Assembly (NCBI GenBank): GCA_011390615.1
Contig: JAABSB010000001.1
Coordinates: 8,636 to 72,635, forward strand
Reading direction: 5' to 3'
DNA from: Desulfotignum sp.
Lineage (GTDB): Bacteria > Desulfobacterota > Desulfobacteria > Desulfobacterales > Desulfobacteraceae
DNA: 64,000 nucleotides
The translations under genes and the position numbers were made by a program. The notes beneath the pieces were generated by a model. The model made no database searches. It was given only the letters and a program-made list of their open reading frames with translations, and had not been told where the DNA came from. Shown here in pieces: positions 39,847 through 49,200 of the stretch (position 1 is its first letter; every line of letters begins with the position of its first letter).

Positions 39847-40962
39847 ATGCGGTATCTTTGTGTCATATCCTTTTGCCTGGCTGTAATTTTTCCGGCCCTG
39901 TTTGTGTGGGGCTGTGCCCCCCCGGATAATACGGACCGCATCGACATTGCAAGGGCCCTTTCCAATAACCAGGGCATGGACTGCTATGACACGGTCACCG
40001 GCCCCGAACCACTGGTTTTCCCGAAAGATGCCGGCCCCCATGAAAACTTCCGCACCGAATGGTGGTATTACACCGGCAACCTGACCACTGACCAGGGACG
40101 GCATTTCGGTTATCAGCTCACCTTTTTCCGCCAGGCCCTTTCCTGTGAACCTGTGAAAGAAGATTCCCAATGGCGGACCCGGCAGCTGTATTTTGCCCAT
40201 TTTGCCGTCACCGACACCCGAAACAAGGCGTTTCATACCTTTTTCCGCATGAACCGTGGAAGTCTGGGCATTGCCGGCAGCCTGGCCCAGCCTTTCACAG
40301 TATGGATCGACAACTGGCAGGTCAAAGAAACCGGATCACATCTGACCCTGGATGCCCTGTCTGATGAGATCTCCCTGTCTTTGACCCTGACACAGGAAAA
40401 GCCCCCCATTCTCCAGGGGGAGCGGGGATTTTCCCGAAAAGGACCCGGGACCGGCAATGCCTCTTTCTACTTTTCCCTGCCCCGGCTGCACACCCAGGGC
40501 TTCATCACTTTGGGTGGAAACCGTTTCCAGGTGACCGGCAACTCCTGGTTTGACCATGAGTGGAGCACCACAGTGCTGGGAGAGGATGTCCAGGGATGGG
40601 ACTGGTTTTCCGCCCACCTGGCTGACGGCCGGGACCTGATGGTTTGCCGGATCAGAAAAGCGGACGGTACATCCAACGGATTTGGATTCGGGAGCATCTC
40701 CTTTGCCGACGGCAACTATGTGATCCTGTCGGAAACAGATTTTACCCTCACCCCAAAGGCCCGCTGGAAAAGCCCGGAAACCGGCAAACGCTATCCGGTC
40801 CAGTGGCAGATCCGCATACCGGATCACGACCTGGACCTGTCGGTCTCACCGGTGATTGACAACCAGGAACATACCCATGCCTTTGCATACTGGGAAGGGG
40901 CCATGCGCTTTTCCAGCCCAGGTGTCCAGGGCATGGGATACCTGGAAATGACCGGTTACTGA
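39847..40962 (+). CDS. AttH/CrtC-like lipocalin-fold protein, probable lipoprotein
   Basis: FPKD.GPH..FRTEWWYYTGNL, GYQLTFFR, WFDHEWS, GWDWFS, YWEG, GYLEMTGY. N-terminal ...VWGC. Confidence 0.88.
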   Translation: MRYLCVISFCLAVIFPALFVWGCAPPDNTDRIDIARALSNNQGMDCYDTVTGPEPLVFPKDAGPHENFRTEWWYYTGNLTTDQGRHFGYQLTFFRQALSCEPVKEDSQWRTRQLYFAHFAVTDTRNKAFHTFFRMNRGSLGIAGSLAQPFTVWIDNWQVKETGSHLTLDALSDEISLSLTLTQEKPPILQGERGFSRKGPGTGNASFYFSLPRLHTQGFITLGGNRFQVTGNSWFDHEWSTTVLGEDVQGWDWFSAHLADGRDLMVCRIRKADGTSNGFGFGSISFADGNYVILSETDFTLTPKARWKSPETGKRYPVQWQIRIPDHDLDLSVSPVIDNQEHTHAFAYWEGAMRFSSPGVQGMGYLEMTGY

Positions 40963-40983
40963 AACACACTGCACGCTTTCAAG

Positions 40984-41167
40984 ATATCTGAAATCTGAGG
41001 GCGATGAAATTCAATTGAAGCTTGATGCAGCATCATGCCGATTTCTGGCAAGTCACCCGGGATGCCCTTGATTTTACTTTTGACATGCATCAGATCAATG
41101 ATCTGGGATTTTCAAACCCGATCCCAAAGTTTATCAACTTGCCGTTGATAAACTAAAGAGAGCTTAA
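40984..41167 (+). pseudogene. eroded remnant of an L-2-haloacid dehalogenase (HAD type II) gene
   Basis: SLMQHHADFWQVTRDALDFTF from 41019, then in another frame GIFKPDPKVYQLAVDKL from 41105. No start codon, and the middle of the protein is missing. Confidence 0.72.
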
Positions 41168-41218
41168 ATGTGATTGATGAATAGATAACCAATGCTTATG
41201 TTCAAGTTTTTGGAACTT

Positions 41219-42355
41219 TTAATCAGGGCTTTTTTTCTGATTAACTTCTGGATCTATGACAAGGATCTGTCCGATATCCATGATCTTGAAACGGCCGGCA
41301 TCAAGTTGGTTGTCTGAGATGTACCGGTTGAGATCAAGGCCGGGATACCCGGCCGGTTCATCCCCCAGATGAAAAGTGCCCCACTGGGTGGGGATGAAAT
41401 ACCGGGCATTCAGGTCGGTAAACCCCTGGACCGCTTCGGCAATGTTCATGTGGTTGTAGGCCATGAACCACCGGGGATGATAGGCGGTGGTGGCCATAAA
41501 TGCATAATCGATGCCGGGAAACCGCCGACCGATCTCTCCAAACCCCTTGAAATACCCGGAATCTCCGCCAAAATACAGGGTCACATCCGGGGTAATCAAC
41601 AGCCAGGATGCCCACAAGGAACGGTTCCGGCCCTGGGTGATACGCAGGGACCAGTGCTGGGCAGGCAGACAGATGAGTTTTATGCCGTTATCAAGACTGT
41701 ATTCTTCCCACCAGTCCATCTCATGCACCATTTGTTTGTTCATTTTCTCCACCATGGTTTTCAGGCCCAGGGGCACAAACACCGGGGCGTCTGCCGGCAG
41801 CTTCTTCATCGTGGCCCTGTCCAGATGATCATAGTGATTATGGGATATAATGATGTTCACCTCTGGTACCAGGCGGTTGAATGCTTCCATGGTCAGGGCC
41901 GGCGGGGTGACCCTGGCAGGGACCAGAGCCCGCTTGGAGAAAATCGGGTCTGTAAGCCAGTATGTATTATTGATGCGGATCAAAAAGGTATTATGCCCTA
42001 TCCAGAGGATAAAGTCCCCTTTGGTCTGGGCCAGGCGCCGGGCCGTATCCGACAGGACCGCCGGGAAAAAAGCCTGCTCCGCTTGTGAATAATCGGTTTT
42101 AGAAAACAGTTTCCACCACAAAACATCCAGAAAACTTTTGTCCGGCATGGGCATCCAGGGGGCAAAATACCGGCCGTCATCAACATTACGGGCATACAGA
42201 TCGGCCGTGCTGGTCTGGTTCACCTGGTTTTCCCAGAATTTTTCAGAAAATGTCAATTTTTCTTTAGGGGTGCAGGCAAAGAGAACAGCTGTCACCATAA
42301 TCCCTGCAAACACCAGAACCATGTATCCAAAACAACTGTCATATCTGGACTTCAT
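41219..42355 (-). CDS. MBL-fold hydrolase, NAPE-PLD/RomA-like, probable lipoprotein
   Basis: WIGH, TDPIFS.R, SHNHYDHLD, PAQHWS, GDSGY. Lipobox LFAC. Confidence 0.88.
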   Translation of the reverse strand: MKSRYDSCFGYMVLVFAGIMVTAVLFACTPKEKLTFSEKFWENQVNQTSTADLYARNVDDGRYFAPWMPMPDKSFLDVLWWKLFSKTDYSQAEQAFFPAVLSDTARRLAQTKGDFILWIGHNTFLIRINNTYWLTDPIFSKRALVPARVTPPALTMEAFNRLVPEVNIIISHNHYDHLDRATMKKLPADAPVFVPLGLKTMVEKMNKQMVHEMDWWEEYSLDNGIKLICLPAQHWSLRITQGRNRSLWASWLLITPDVTLYFGGDSGYFKGFGEIGRRFPGIDYAFMATTAYHPRWFMAYNHMNIAEAVQGFTDLNARYFIPTQWGTFHLGDEPAGYPGLDLNRYISDNQLDAGRFKIMDIGQILVIDPEVNQKKSPD

Positions 42356-42460
42356 TAAAAAATACCCTTTCCAGTAAAAAATGGGTGCCAATCTTTCCCA
42401 GAACCTATATATTGGAACAGACAAAGTCAACAGGATTTACCGCTGAATCAGGAGGATCAC

Positions 42461-43411
42461 GTGCTTACACCCATAAAAATCGGCGTCAGCTCCTGTCTGC
42501 TGGGCAACCTTGTCCGGTATGACGGGGGCCACAGCCATGACCGGTTTCTCACCCAGACCCTGGGATTGTTCGCTGAATATGTGCCGGTGTGCCCGGAAGT
42601 GGAATGCGGCATGACCACCCCCAGGGATTCCCTGCGTCTGGTGGGTGACCCGGAAGCCCCCCGACTGGTCACCCGAAAAACAGGAGAAGATCACACAGAG
42701 CAGATGCGTACCTGGATACACAAAAAGCTCCCGGTTCTGGAAAAAGAAAACCTGTGCGGATTTATCTTCAAGAGCAAATCTCCCAGCAGCGGCCTTTACC
42801 GCATCAAGGTGTACGGAGATGACGGCAAGATGCGCAACAACGGCACCGGCCTGTTTGCCCGGGCCTTTACCCGGCATTTTCCCCGGATACCGGTGGAAGA
42901 GGCGGGCCGGCTCAACGATCCCAAGCTGCGGGAACATTTTATTGAAAATATATTTTCCTTCCAGCGGTGGCGCCGTTTTCTGGAAGACCGTCCCACCCTG
43001 GGCAAAATGGTGGCATTTCATACAGACAACAAACTGCTGATCCTCTCCCACAGCCAGGACATTTACCGGCAGATGGGCAAGCTGGTGGCCCAGGGAAAAC
43101 AGATGCCCCCTGCTGAACTGTTCGAAGCCTATGAAAAACTGCTGCGCAAGGCCCTGGATTTAAAAACCACCCCGAAAAAAAATATCAATGTACTCCAGCA
43201 CGCAATGGGGTTTTTTAAAAAAGATTTGACCAGGGATGAAAAACAGGAGCTGCTGTCCAGTTTTTCACAGTACAAGGATGGATATGTGCCGCTTATCGTT
43301 CCGCTGACTTTGATCAAACACTATGTGTTAAAATATGACCAGCCCTGGCTCAAGTCCCAGACCTTTCTTCACCCCCACCCCTTTGAGCTGAAACTGAGAA
43401 ATTATTTTTAA
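42461..43411 (+). CDS. DUF523-DUF1722 (YbgA-like) fusion protein
   Basis: GVSSCLLG..VRYDGGH, CPEVE.G...PR, KSPSSG, EE.GRL.D, FH...K, N.LQH..G.FK. Confidence 0.88.
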   Translation: MLTPIKIGVSSCLLGNLVRYDGGHSHDRFLTQTLGLFAEYVPVCPEVECGMTTPRDSLRLVGDPEAPRLVTRKTGEDHTEQMRTWIHKKLPVLEKENLCGFIFKSKSPSSGLYRIKVYGDDGKMRNNGTGLFARAFTRHFPRIPVEEAGRLNDPKLREHFIENIFSFQRWRRFLEDRPTLGKMVAFHTDNKLLILSHSQDIYRQMGKLVAQGKQMPPAELFEAYEKLLRKALDLKTTPKKNINVLQHAMGFFKKDLTRDEKQELLSSFSQYKDGYVPLIVPLTLIKHYVLKYDQPWLKSQTFLHPHPFELKLRNYF

Positions 43412-43579
43412 CGCACAAAGGCTCATCAGGACAGCCGGCAGCAGCGGGATAATTCCTGGAAAGTACAAGCATTTTCCATGCAATGGCCCGGGCCGATCGC
43501 AAGATCTCCTTGACACGGCATGGAAAAGTATCTTATGAAATTAACCGGAACTTTGATTGATAAAATAAGGAGATAACGC

Positions 43580-44074
43580 ATGGCATATGATTTTAGTTTA
43601 AATGAAGTGTTTGAAATGGCCATCCAGATTGAAGCCAATGGGGCCGGGTTTTACAGAAAAGCAGCCGGTTTTCAGAAAGAGCCGGCAGACAAGGAATTTC
43701 TGGAAAAACTGGCCCGTATGGAAGATAAGCACAAGCAAACATTTGAGGCCATGCGCCAGGAAGTCTCAGATGCGGAAAAGCAGCAGACCGTGTTTGATCC
43801 GGCAAACGAACTGTCCATGTATCTCAAGGCCATGGCAGACTCCCATGGCGGGGAAGGCAACCCGGAGATTGCTGACTCCTTTACAGGCGAAGAAACCATG
43901 GAGGAGATCATCACCACTGCCATCGGCCTGGAAAAAGAATCCATCCTCTTTTATCTGGGCCTCAAGGATCTTGTACCCCCCAAATACGGCCATGACAAAC
44001 TGGATCACATAATCAAAGAAGAGAAACTGCACGTGGCCCAGTTGAATGGATTTTTAAAAAAAGCCACCACATAG
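43580..44074 (+). CDS. rubrerythrin/ferritin-like protein
   Basis: AIQIE.NG..FY, MEDKH, EKESILFY, EEKLH. AAGGAG RBS. Confidence 0.9.
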   Translation: MAYDFSLNEVFEMAIQIEANGAGFYRKAAGFQKEPADKEFLEKLARMEDKHKQTFEAMRQEVSDAEKQQTVFDPANELSMYLKAMADSHGGEGNPEIADSFTGEETMEEIITTAIGLEKESILFYLGLKDLVPPKYGHDKLDHIIKEEKLHVAQLNGFLKKATT

Positions 44075-44188
44075 GAAATATTTCTCACCCGCCAGGTTTT
44101 TTATCCGGGTATTTTCCTGGCGGGTACCCCCGGTTTACCGGTGGACTGGAAAATACCCCCGGTACATGGTTTACACCAATCACTGCAT

Positions 44189-45610
44189 ATGGCCAATACC
44201 TTCATACATCATCTGAAATCCTCACTTTTCAGAGAGCCGTTCAATATTATTGTTCCCATATGGTCTGTTTTCCTGGTATTTGCATTAAGCGTCTTCTTTG
44301 TCTTTATCCCCTCTTTGAAAACCTCTCTAATGGACCAGAAAAAAGAGATGATCCAGACACTTACCGACAGTGCCGTCAGCCTGTTGTCTGAATACCAACA
44401 AAAAGTTGCTGCAGGTGAATTGACCATGGCAGAGGCAAAATCCAGGGCCATGGGACAGATACGGTATATGCGGTACGGGTCTGAAGCAAAAGATTATTTC
44501 TGGATTATTGATATGCACCCTTTCATGGTCATGCACCCCTACCGCCCGGACCTGGAAGGCAAAGACCTGACAGATTTTACTGACCCCCGGGGCAGCTACC
44601 CCTTTCTGGCCATGGTGGAAACGGTGATGAATCACAAAGAGGGCTATGTAAACTATTACTGGCAATGGAAAGATGCCCCCCACAGAATCATGCCCAAACT
44701 TTCCTATGTCAAAGGGTTTGCACCCTGGGAATGGATTGTGGGAACCGGCATATATATGCAGGATGTGCAGGCTGAAGTCAGCGGCATCCTCGACGACCTG
44801 AACACCATATTCATCACCGTCCTGCTTTTCGTACTCGCCCTGTCTGCCTATATCACCTGGCAGACCATCAGCATCAGGGACAAAAAGGAACGGGTGAAAA
44901 ACACCCTGAAACAGGAAAGAGAAACCCTTTCCATGATTCTGGAGAGCACCCCCCAGGGTATTTCCCTGGTTGACAATGACGGCAGATACCTTTATGTAAA
45001 TTCCTTTTTCACAAAAATTACCGGGTATACACGTGACGATATTCCCTCCAAAGAGGTGTGGTTTCAAAAAGCCTATCCTGACGTCGCATACCGGAAAAAA
45101 GTGATGGCAGCCTGGGACAATGATATATCCACCCGGGAGGCAAGCCATGTAAGAGAATTTGAAATCACCTGCAAAAATGGAGAAACCAAATTCATTGAAT
45201 TTCGGTCCTGCTTTATGGAGGACCAGAAAATATCTGTATTGACAGATGTAACAGACAGAAAAGAAACCGAAGAAATCAGCCGGGAAAAAGACAGGCTTCA
45301 GGCTGTTCTTGAACTCTCCGGTGCGGTATGCCATGAAATGAACCAACCATTGATGAGCATATCAGGATATTTTGAACTCATCCTGCTGGATATGCATGAA
45401 ACTGACCCCAATTATCCAAAAATCAAAAAGATCCAGGTCCAGCTGGAACGAATGGCCAATATAACCAAAAAGCTGATGAAAATATCCAAATATCAGACAA
45501 AAGACTATCTGAACGGAAAAATACTGGATATACCAGGGCTTTCAGAAAACCAGTCCGTGCCTGAACCGTCAGAACCGAATTCAGGCACGGACACACCAGA
45601 AAAAAAATGA
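44189..45610 (+). CDS. Cache-PAS sensor ending in a HisKA-like domain without HATPase
   Basis: sCache_2 (YFWI.D...MVMHP, Y.W, K.SYV..F.PW.W..GTG.Y), PAS, AVCHEMNQPL. No N/G1/G2 boxes. Confidence 0.82.
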   Translation: MANTFIHHLKSSLFREPFNIIVPIWSVFLVFALSVFFVFIPSLKTSLMDQKKEMIQTLTDSAVSLLSEYQQKVAAGELTMAEAKSRAMGQIRYMRYGSEAKDYFWIIDMHPFMVMHPYRPDLEGKDLTDFTDPRGSYPFLAMVETVMNHKEGYVNYYWQWKDAPHRIMPKLSYVKGFAPWEWIVGTGIYMQDVQAEVSGILDDLNTIFITVLLFVLALSAYITWQTISIRDKKERVKNTLKQERETLSMILESTPQGISLVDNDGRYLYVNSFFTKITGYTRDDIPSKEVWFQKAYPDVAYRKKVMAAWDNDISTREASHVREFEITCKNGETKFIEFRSCFMEDQKISVLTDVTDRKETEEISREKDRLQAVLELSGAVCHEMNQPLMSISGYFELILLDMHETDPNYPKIKKIQVQLERMANITKKLMKISKYQTKDYLNGKILDIPGLSENQSVPEPSEPNSGTDTPEKK

Positions 45611-45661
45611 TTCCACTAAACCAGGCCCACCGGTTTTGGGACTGCGGGGCAGGTTTTGGCG

Positions 45662-46006
45662 CTACTGGGCAAGGGTGCCCAGATCCGGATTTGCCTTGAT
45701 GGTCTGTTTGTCTCCTGCCAGGTGGCGCCGTGCTTTTTCCTTGTTCTTTTTTATCAGAATCTGCAGCTTGTCTGAAAGGCCGTCAATGGCGGAATACATG
45801 GTTTCCGCTTCCTCTTTTGCATGAATTTTAAGCTTTTCACAGCTCAGGTTGATCTCTGCAATATGGCGTATTTTTTCAACAGACAAAACCAGATTTGCTT
45901 CTGCCGGAGCATCCAGCATTTTATCCAGTTTTTCCAGTTTTTCCTGTACATAGGATTTGAGGGCATCTGAGGATTCAATCTTTTTGAAGGTGATGGATAT
46001 CTGCAT
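45662..46006 (-). CDS. raiA: ribosome hibernation factor (short HPF/RaiA family)
   Basis: MQISITFK.IE.SDALK.YV..KL.KL, LSVEK, MYSAID. Confidence 0.9.
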   Translation of the reverse strand: MQISITFKKIESSDALKSYVQEKLEKLDKMLDAPAEANLVLSVEKIRHIAEINLSCEKLKIHAKEEAETMYSAIDGLSDKLQILIKKNKEKARRHLAGDKQTIKANPDLGTLAQ

Positions 46007-46180
46007 GCAAAGTCCTCCTGTTAAGGGGTTGATTGGTATATCACAACCAGTTTAACAGAAAATGGGCACCAATGACAGGAAAGTCAATTTTTTTCCAGCC
46101 ATTTTCTGTGCTTGTCCCAAATTATCAATTCATGTATAGTAAATACCACTGCATTCCCATTGTCTGAAAAGGAGACCGTC

Positions 46181-46630
46181 ATGAAAAAAGCAAGCGATAT
46201 CATGGAAACTAACATCATCTGCGTGACCCCTGACACAGACATCCCCAAGGCAGTGGGGATACTGCTTGACAACCATATCAACGGGGTCCCGGTGGTCAAT
46301 GACAAAGAAGAGCTGGTGGGTATCCTGTGCCAGAGCGACCTGATCTTTCAGCAAAAAGAGATGCCGGTCCCCCCGATTTTCACCATTCTGGATTCCATCT
46401 TTCCTTTGTCCTCAAACAAAAAAATTGATGAAGAATTCCGCAAAATTGCTGCCACCACCGTGGCCCAGGCCATGGTAAAAGATGTGGTATCGGTGGCACC
46501 GGACACCCCGGTGAGTGAAATCGCAAGCCTGATGGTGGAAAAGCATTTTCACACCATCCCGGTGGTAAAAAACAAGAAACTGGTGGGCATCATAGGCAAG
46601 GAAGATGTGCTGAAAACCCTGACCCCTTGA
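46181..46630 (+). CDS. tandem CBS-domain protein
   Basis: ASDIM, GVPVV...LVGIL...DL, TIPVV...LVGII...DVL. AAGGAG RBS. Confidence 0.92.
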   Translation: MKKASDIMETNIICVTPDTDIPKAVGILLDNHINGVPVVNDKEELVGILCQSDLIFQQKEMPVPPIFTILDSIFPLSSNKKIDEEFRKIAATTVAQAMVKDVVSVAPDTPVSEIASLMVEKHFHTIPVVKNKKLVGIIGKEDVLKTLTP

Positions 46631-46717
46631 TATCTGAAACCTGATTCCGGCATCTGGCTGCCGGTTTCCATTATCCATATTTTATCAACAATCCCCACCC
46701 AAACATGGGAGGCTGTC

Positions 46718-49171
46718 ATGGCGTATTTTGATTTTACCAGTTTTGAAGTATCGTTTCACCAGTATGTAAAATATGTCCTGGGCAAGCCCCTGGCCGAGAC
46801 CAGCAAAAAGGACCAGCTCAATGCGGTTTCCTATGCTGTGGGCAAATATCTGATGGACATCAATTTCGACACCCAGCAGCGGTATGCTGAAAACAATGCC
46901 AAAAAGGTGTATTACCTGTCCATGGAATTTCTCATCGGCCGGCTGTTGTACAACAACCTGCTGAATCTGGGAATTTTTGATGCATGTACCCGGTTTTTAA
47001 AAAAACAGGGGATTGATCTGGAAAAACTGGTGGAGGAAGAGCAGGACCCGGCCCTGGGAAACGGGGGCTTAGGAAGACTGGCAGCCTGTTTTCTGGATTC
47101 TCTGGCCAGCCTGGACATGCCGGGATTCGGATATGGCATCAACTATGATTACGGGCTGTTCCGCCAGGTGATAATCAATGGCCACCAGCGGGAAAAACCC
47201 GACTACTGGCCCAATCGGTCCTCGCCCTGGCTGATCCGCCGCTCCGGGGAGCAGTACATGCTGCCCATTTACGGAAAAATTGAAGATACCCTGGACCGGA
47301 ACGGGGAATACAATCCCATGTGGACCAACTGGAAACTGTTCATGGGCAGACCCCACGATATCCTTGTGTCAGGACATGGCGGCCGCACCGTAAACAGGCT
47401 CAGGCTTTTTTCCGCCGCTGCCTCGGAAGACTTTGACATCAGTATTTTTAATGACGGGGATTATCTTAAAGCGGTGCGGCGGAAAATCACATCTGAAAGC
47501 GTCACAAAAATTCTGTATCCATCTGATGCCAAAGATGTGGGAAAGGAACTGCGGTTGATTCAGGAATATTTTCTGGTGGCCTGTGCCATCCGGGATATTA
47601 TCCGCAGTTATGAAACACGCCACAAAACCTATGAAACATTTCACCAGCAGGTGGCTATCCAGCTCAATGACACCCATCCCTCCCTGGCTGTTGCGGAGCT
47701 TATGCGTACCCTGGTGGATGAAAAGGGTCTGGAATGGGAAAAAGCCTGGAACATAACCGTGAAAACACTGGCTTTTACCAACCACACCCTGCTGCCGGAA
47801 GCCCTGGAAACATGGCCGGTATCCATTCTGGGCAAGGTGGTGCCCCGGCATCTGCAGATCATATTTGAGATCAACCAGCGCTTCATTGCATCGGTGAAAA
47901 AAAGATTCGGTGAAGGTTCTGATGATATGATAGCACGGATGTCCATTATTCAGGAAGGCGAAGAACAGCAGGTGCGCATGGCCAATCTGGCCATTATCGG
48001 CAGCCATTCGGTAAACGGGGTTGCCAGGGTGCATTCAGACCTGGTCAAAACCCGGCTGGTCCCGGAATTTTATTCTCTGTGGCCGGAAAAATTCAACAAC
48101 AAAACCAACGGGGTCACACCCAGGCGGTGGGTTGTGGCCTGCAATCCAGAACTGGCAAAATTGATCACTGATGCCATCGGCAGGCGCTGGATCGCAGATC
48201 TTGACCTTGTATGGGAGCTGGAAGCATTCCAGAATGATCCCGGTTTTCTGGACAGATTCCGGGCGGTGAAACAGACCAACAAAAAAAATCTGGCAGCCTA
48301 TATCAGGGACACGGTGTTTGAAACCGTTGATCCAGGGTCCATATTTGACATCCAGGCCAAGCGCATCCATGAGTACAAGCGGCAGCTGCTCAATGTCCTG
48401 CACATCATCCACCTGTATCTGTCCATCAAGGACAATAACAAAGATATTAAAGCGCCCCGGACCTTCATCTTTGCCGGCAAGGCAGCACCAGGGTACCACA
48501 CGGCCAAGCTGATCATCAAACTGATCCACAACCTGGCTGCCGTGGTGAACAAAGACCCCCGGGTGAACCAGCAGCTGAAAATCGTATTTCTGCCTGACTA
48601 CCGGGTGACCCTGGCGGAGCGCCTTATTCCGGCAGCAGATGTCAGTGAACAGATATCCACTGCCGGCATGGAAGCCTCGGGCACCGGCAACATGAAATTC
48701 GCCATGAACGGGGCTTTGACCATCGGTACCATGGACGGTGCCAACATTGAAATCTATGAACAGGTGGGCAAAGACAACATGTACATTTTCGGATTGACTG
48801 TGGATGAGGTGGAGGCGTTACGCCCCCATTACCTTCCCAGGGAATATCTGGAAAAAGATGACCGTCTCAAACAGGTGATATACGCCCTCCGGTCCGACCG
48901 GTTCAGCCAGTCGGAACCTGGCATTTTCCGCCCCCTGTATAACCTGCTCATGTCCCCGACGGACCATTACCTGCATTTTGCCGATTTCAGCTCGTATGCC
49001 GCTGCCCAGGAAGCCATCAGCAGGGATTTTCTGGAGCCAGCCAGATGGAGCGCCAAGGCCCTTATGAACACCGCCCGCACAGGTAAGTTTTCCAGCGACA
49101 GGACCATCAAGGCCTATGCCAGTGAAATATGGGGGATTCAATCCCAGATCCAGGAACAGGACCGCTGGTAA
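46718..49171 (+). CDS. glgP: glycogen/maltodextrin phosphorylase (GT35)
   Basis: YYLSMEFL, LGNGGLGRLAAC, QLNDTHP, KRIHEYKRQ, EASGTGNMK (PLP Lys). Confidence 0.96.
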   Translation: MAYFDFTSFEVSFHQYVKYVLGKPLAETSKKDQLNAVSYAVGKYLMDINFDTQQRYAENNAKKVYYLSMEFLIGRLLYNNLLNLGIFDACTRFLKKQGIDLEKLVEEEQDPALGNGGLGRLAACFLDSLASLDMPGFGYGINYDYGLFRQVIINGHQREKPDYWPNRSSPWLIRRSGEQYMLPIYGKIEDTLDRNGEYNPMWTNWKLFMGRPHDILVSGHGGRTVNRLRLFSAAASEDFDISIFNDGDYLKAVRRKITSESVTKILYPSDAKDVGKELRLIQEYFLVACAIRDIIRSYETRHKTYETFHQQVAIQLNDTHPSLAVAELMRTLVDEKGLEWEKAWNITVKTLAFTNHTLLPEALETWPVSILGKVVPRHLQIIFEINQRFIASVKKRFGEGSDDMIARMSIIQEGEEQQVRMANLAIIGSHSVNGVARVHSDLVKTRLVPEFYSLWPEKFNNKTNGVTPRRWVVACNPELAKLITDAIGRRWIADLDLVWELEAFQNDPGFLDRFRAVKQTNKKNLAAYIRDTVFETVDPGSIFDIQAKRIHEYKRQLLNVLHIIHLYLSIKDNNKDIKAPRTFIFAGKAAPGYHTAKLIIKLIHNLAAVVNKDPRVNQQLKIVFLPDYRVTLAERLIPAADVSEQISTAGMEASGTGNMKFAMNGALTIGTMDGANIEIYEQVGKDNMYIFGLTVDEVEALRPHYLPREYLEKDDRLKQVIYALRSDRFSQSEPGIFRPLYNLLMSPTDHYLHFADFSSYAAAQEAISRDFLEPARWSAKALMNTARTGKFSSDRTIKAYASEIWGIQSQIQEQDRW

Positions 49172-49200
49172 AAAAACGGCCCTGGGTGATGGTCTCTTTT

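Noticed and set aside
44087-44125. 10-bp inverted repeat ACCCGCCAGG...CCTGGCGGGT after the ferritin-like gene
   Set aside because: It has a 19-nt loop and no U tract, so it is too weak to call as a terminator or element.
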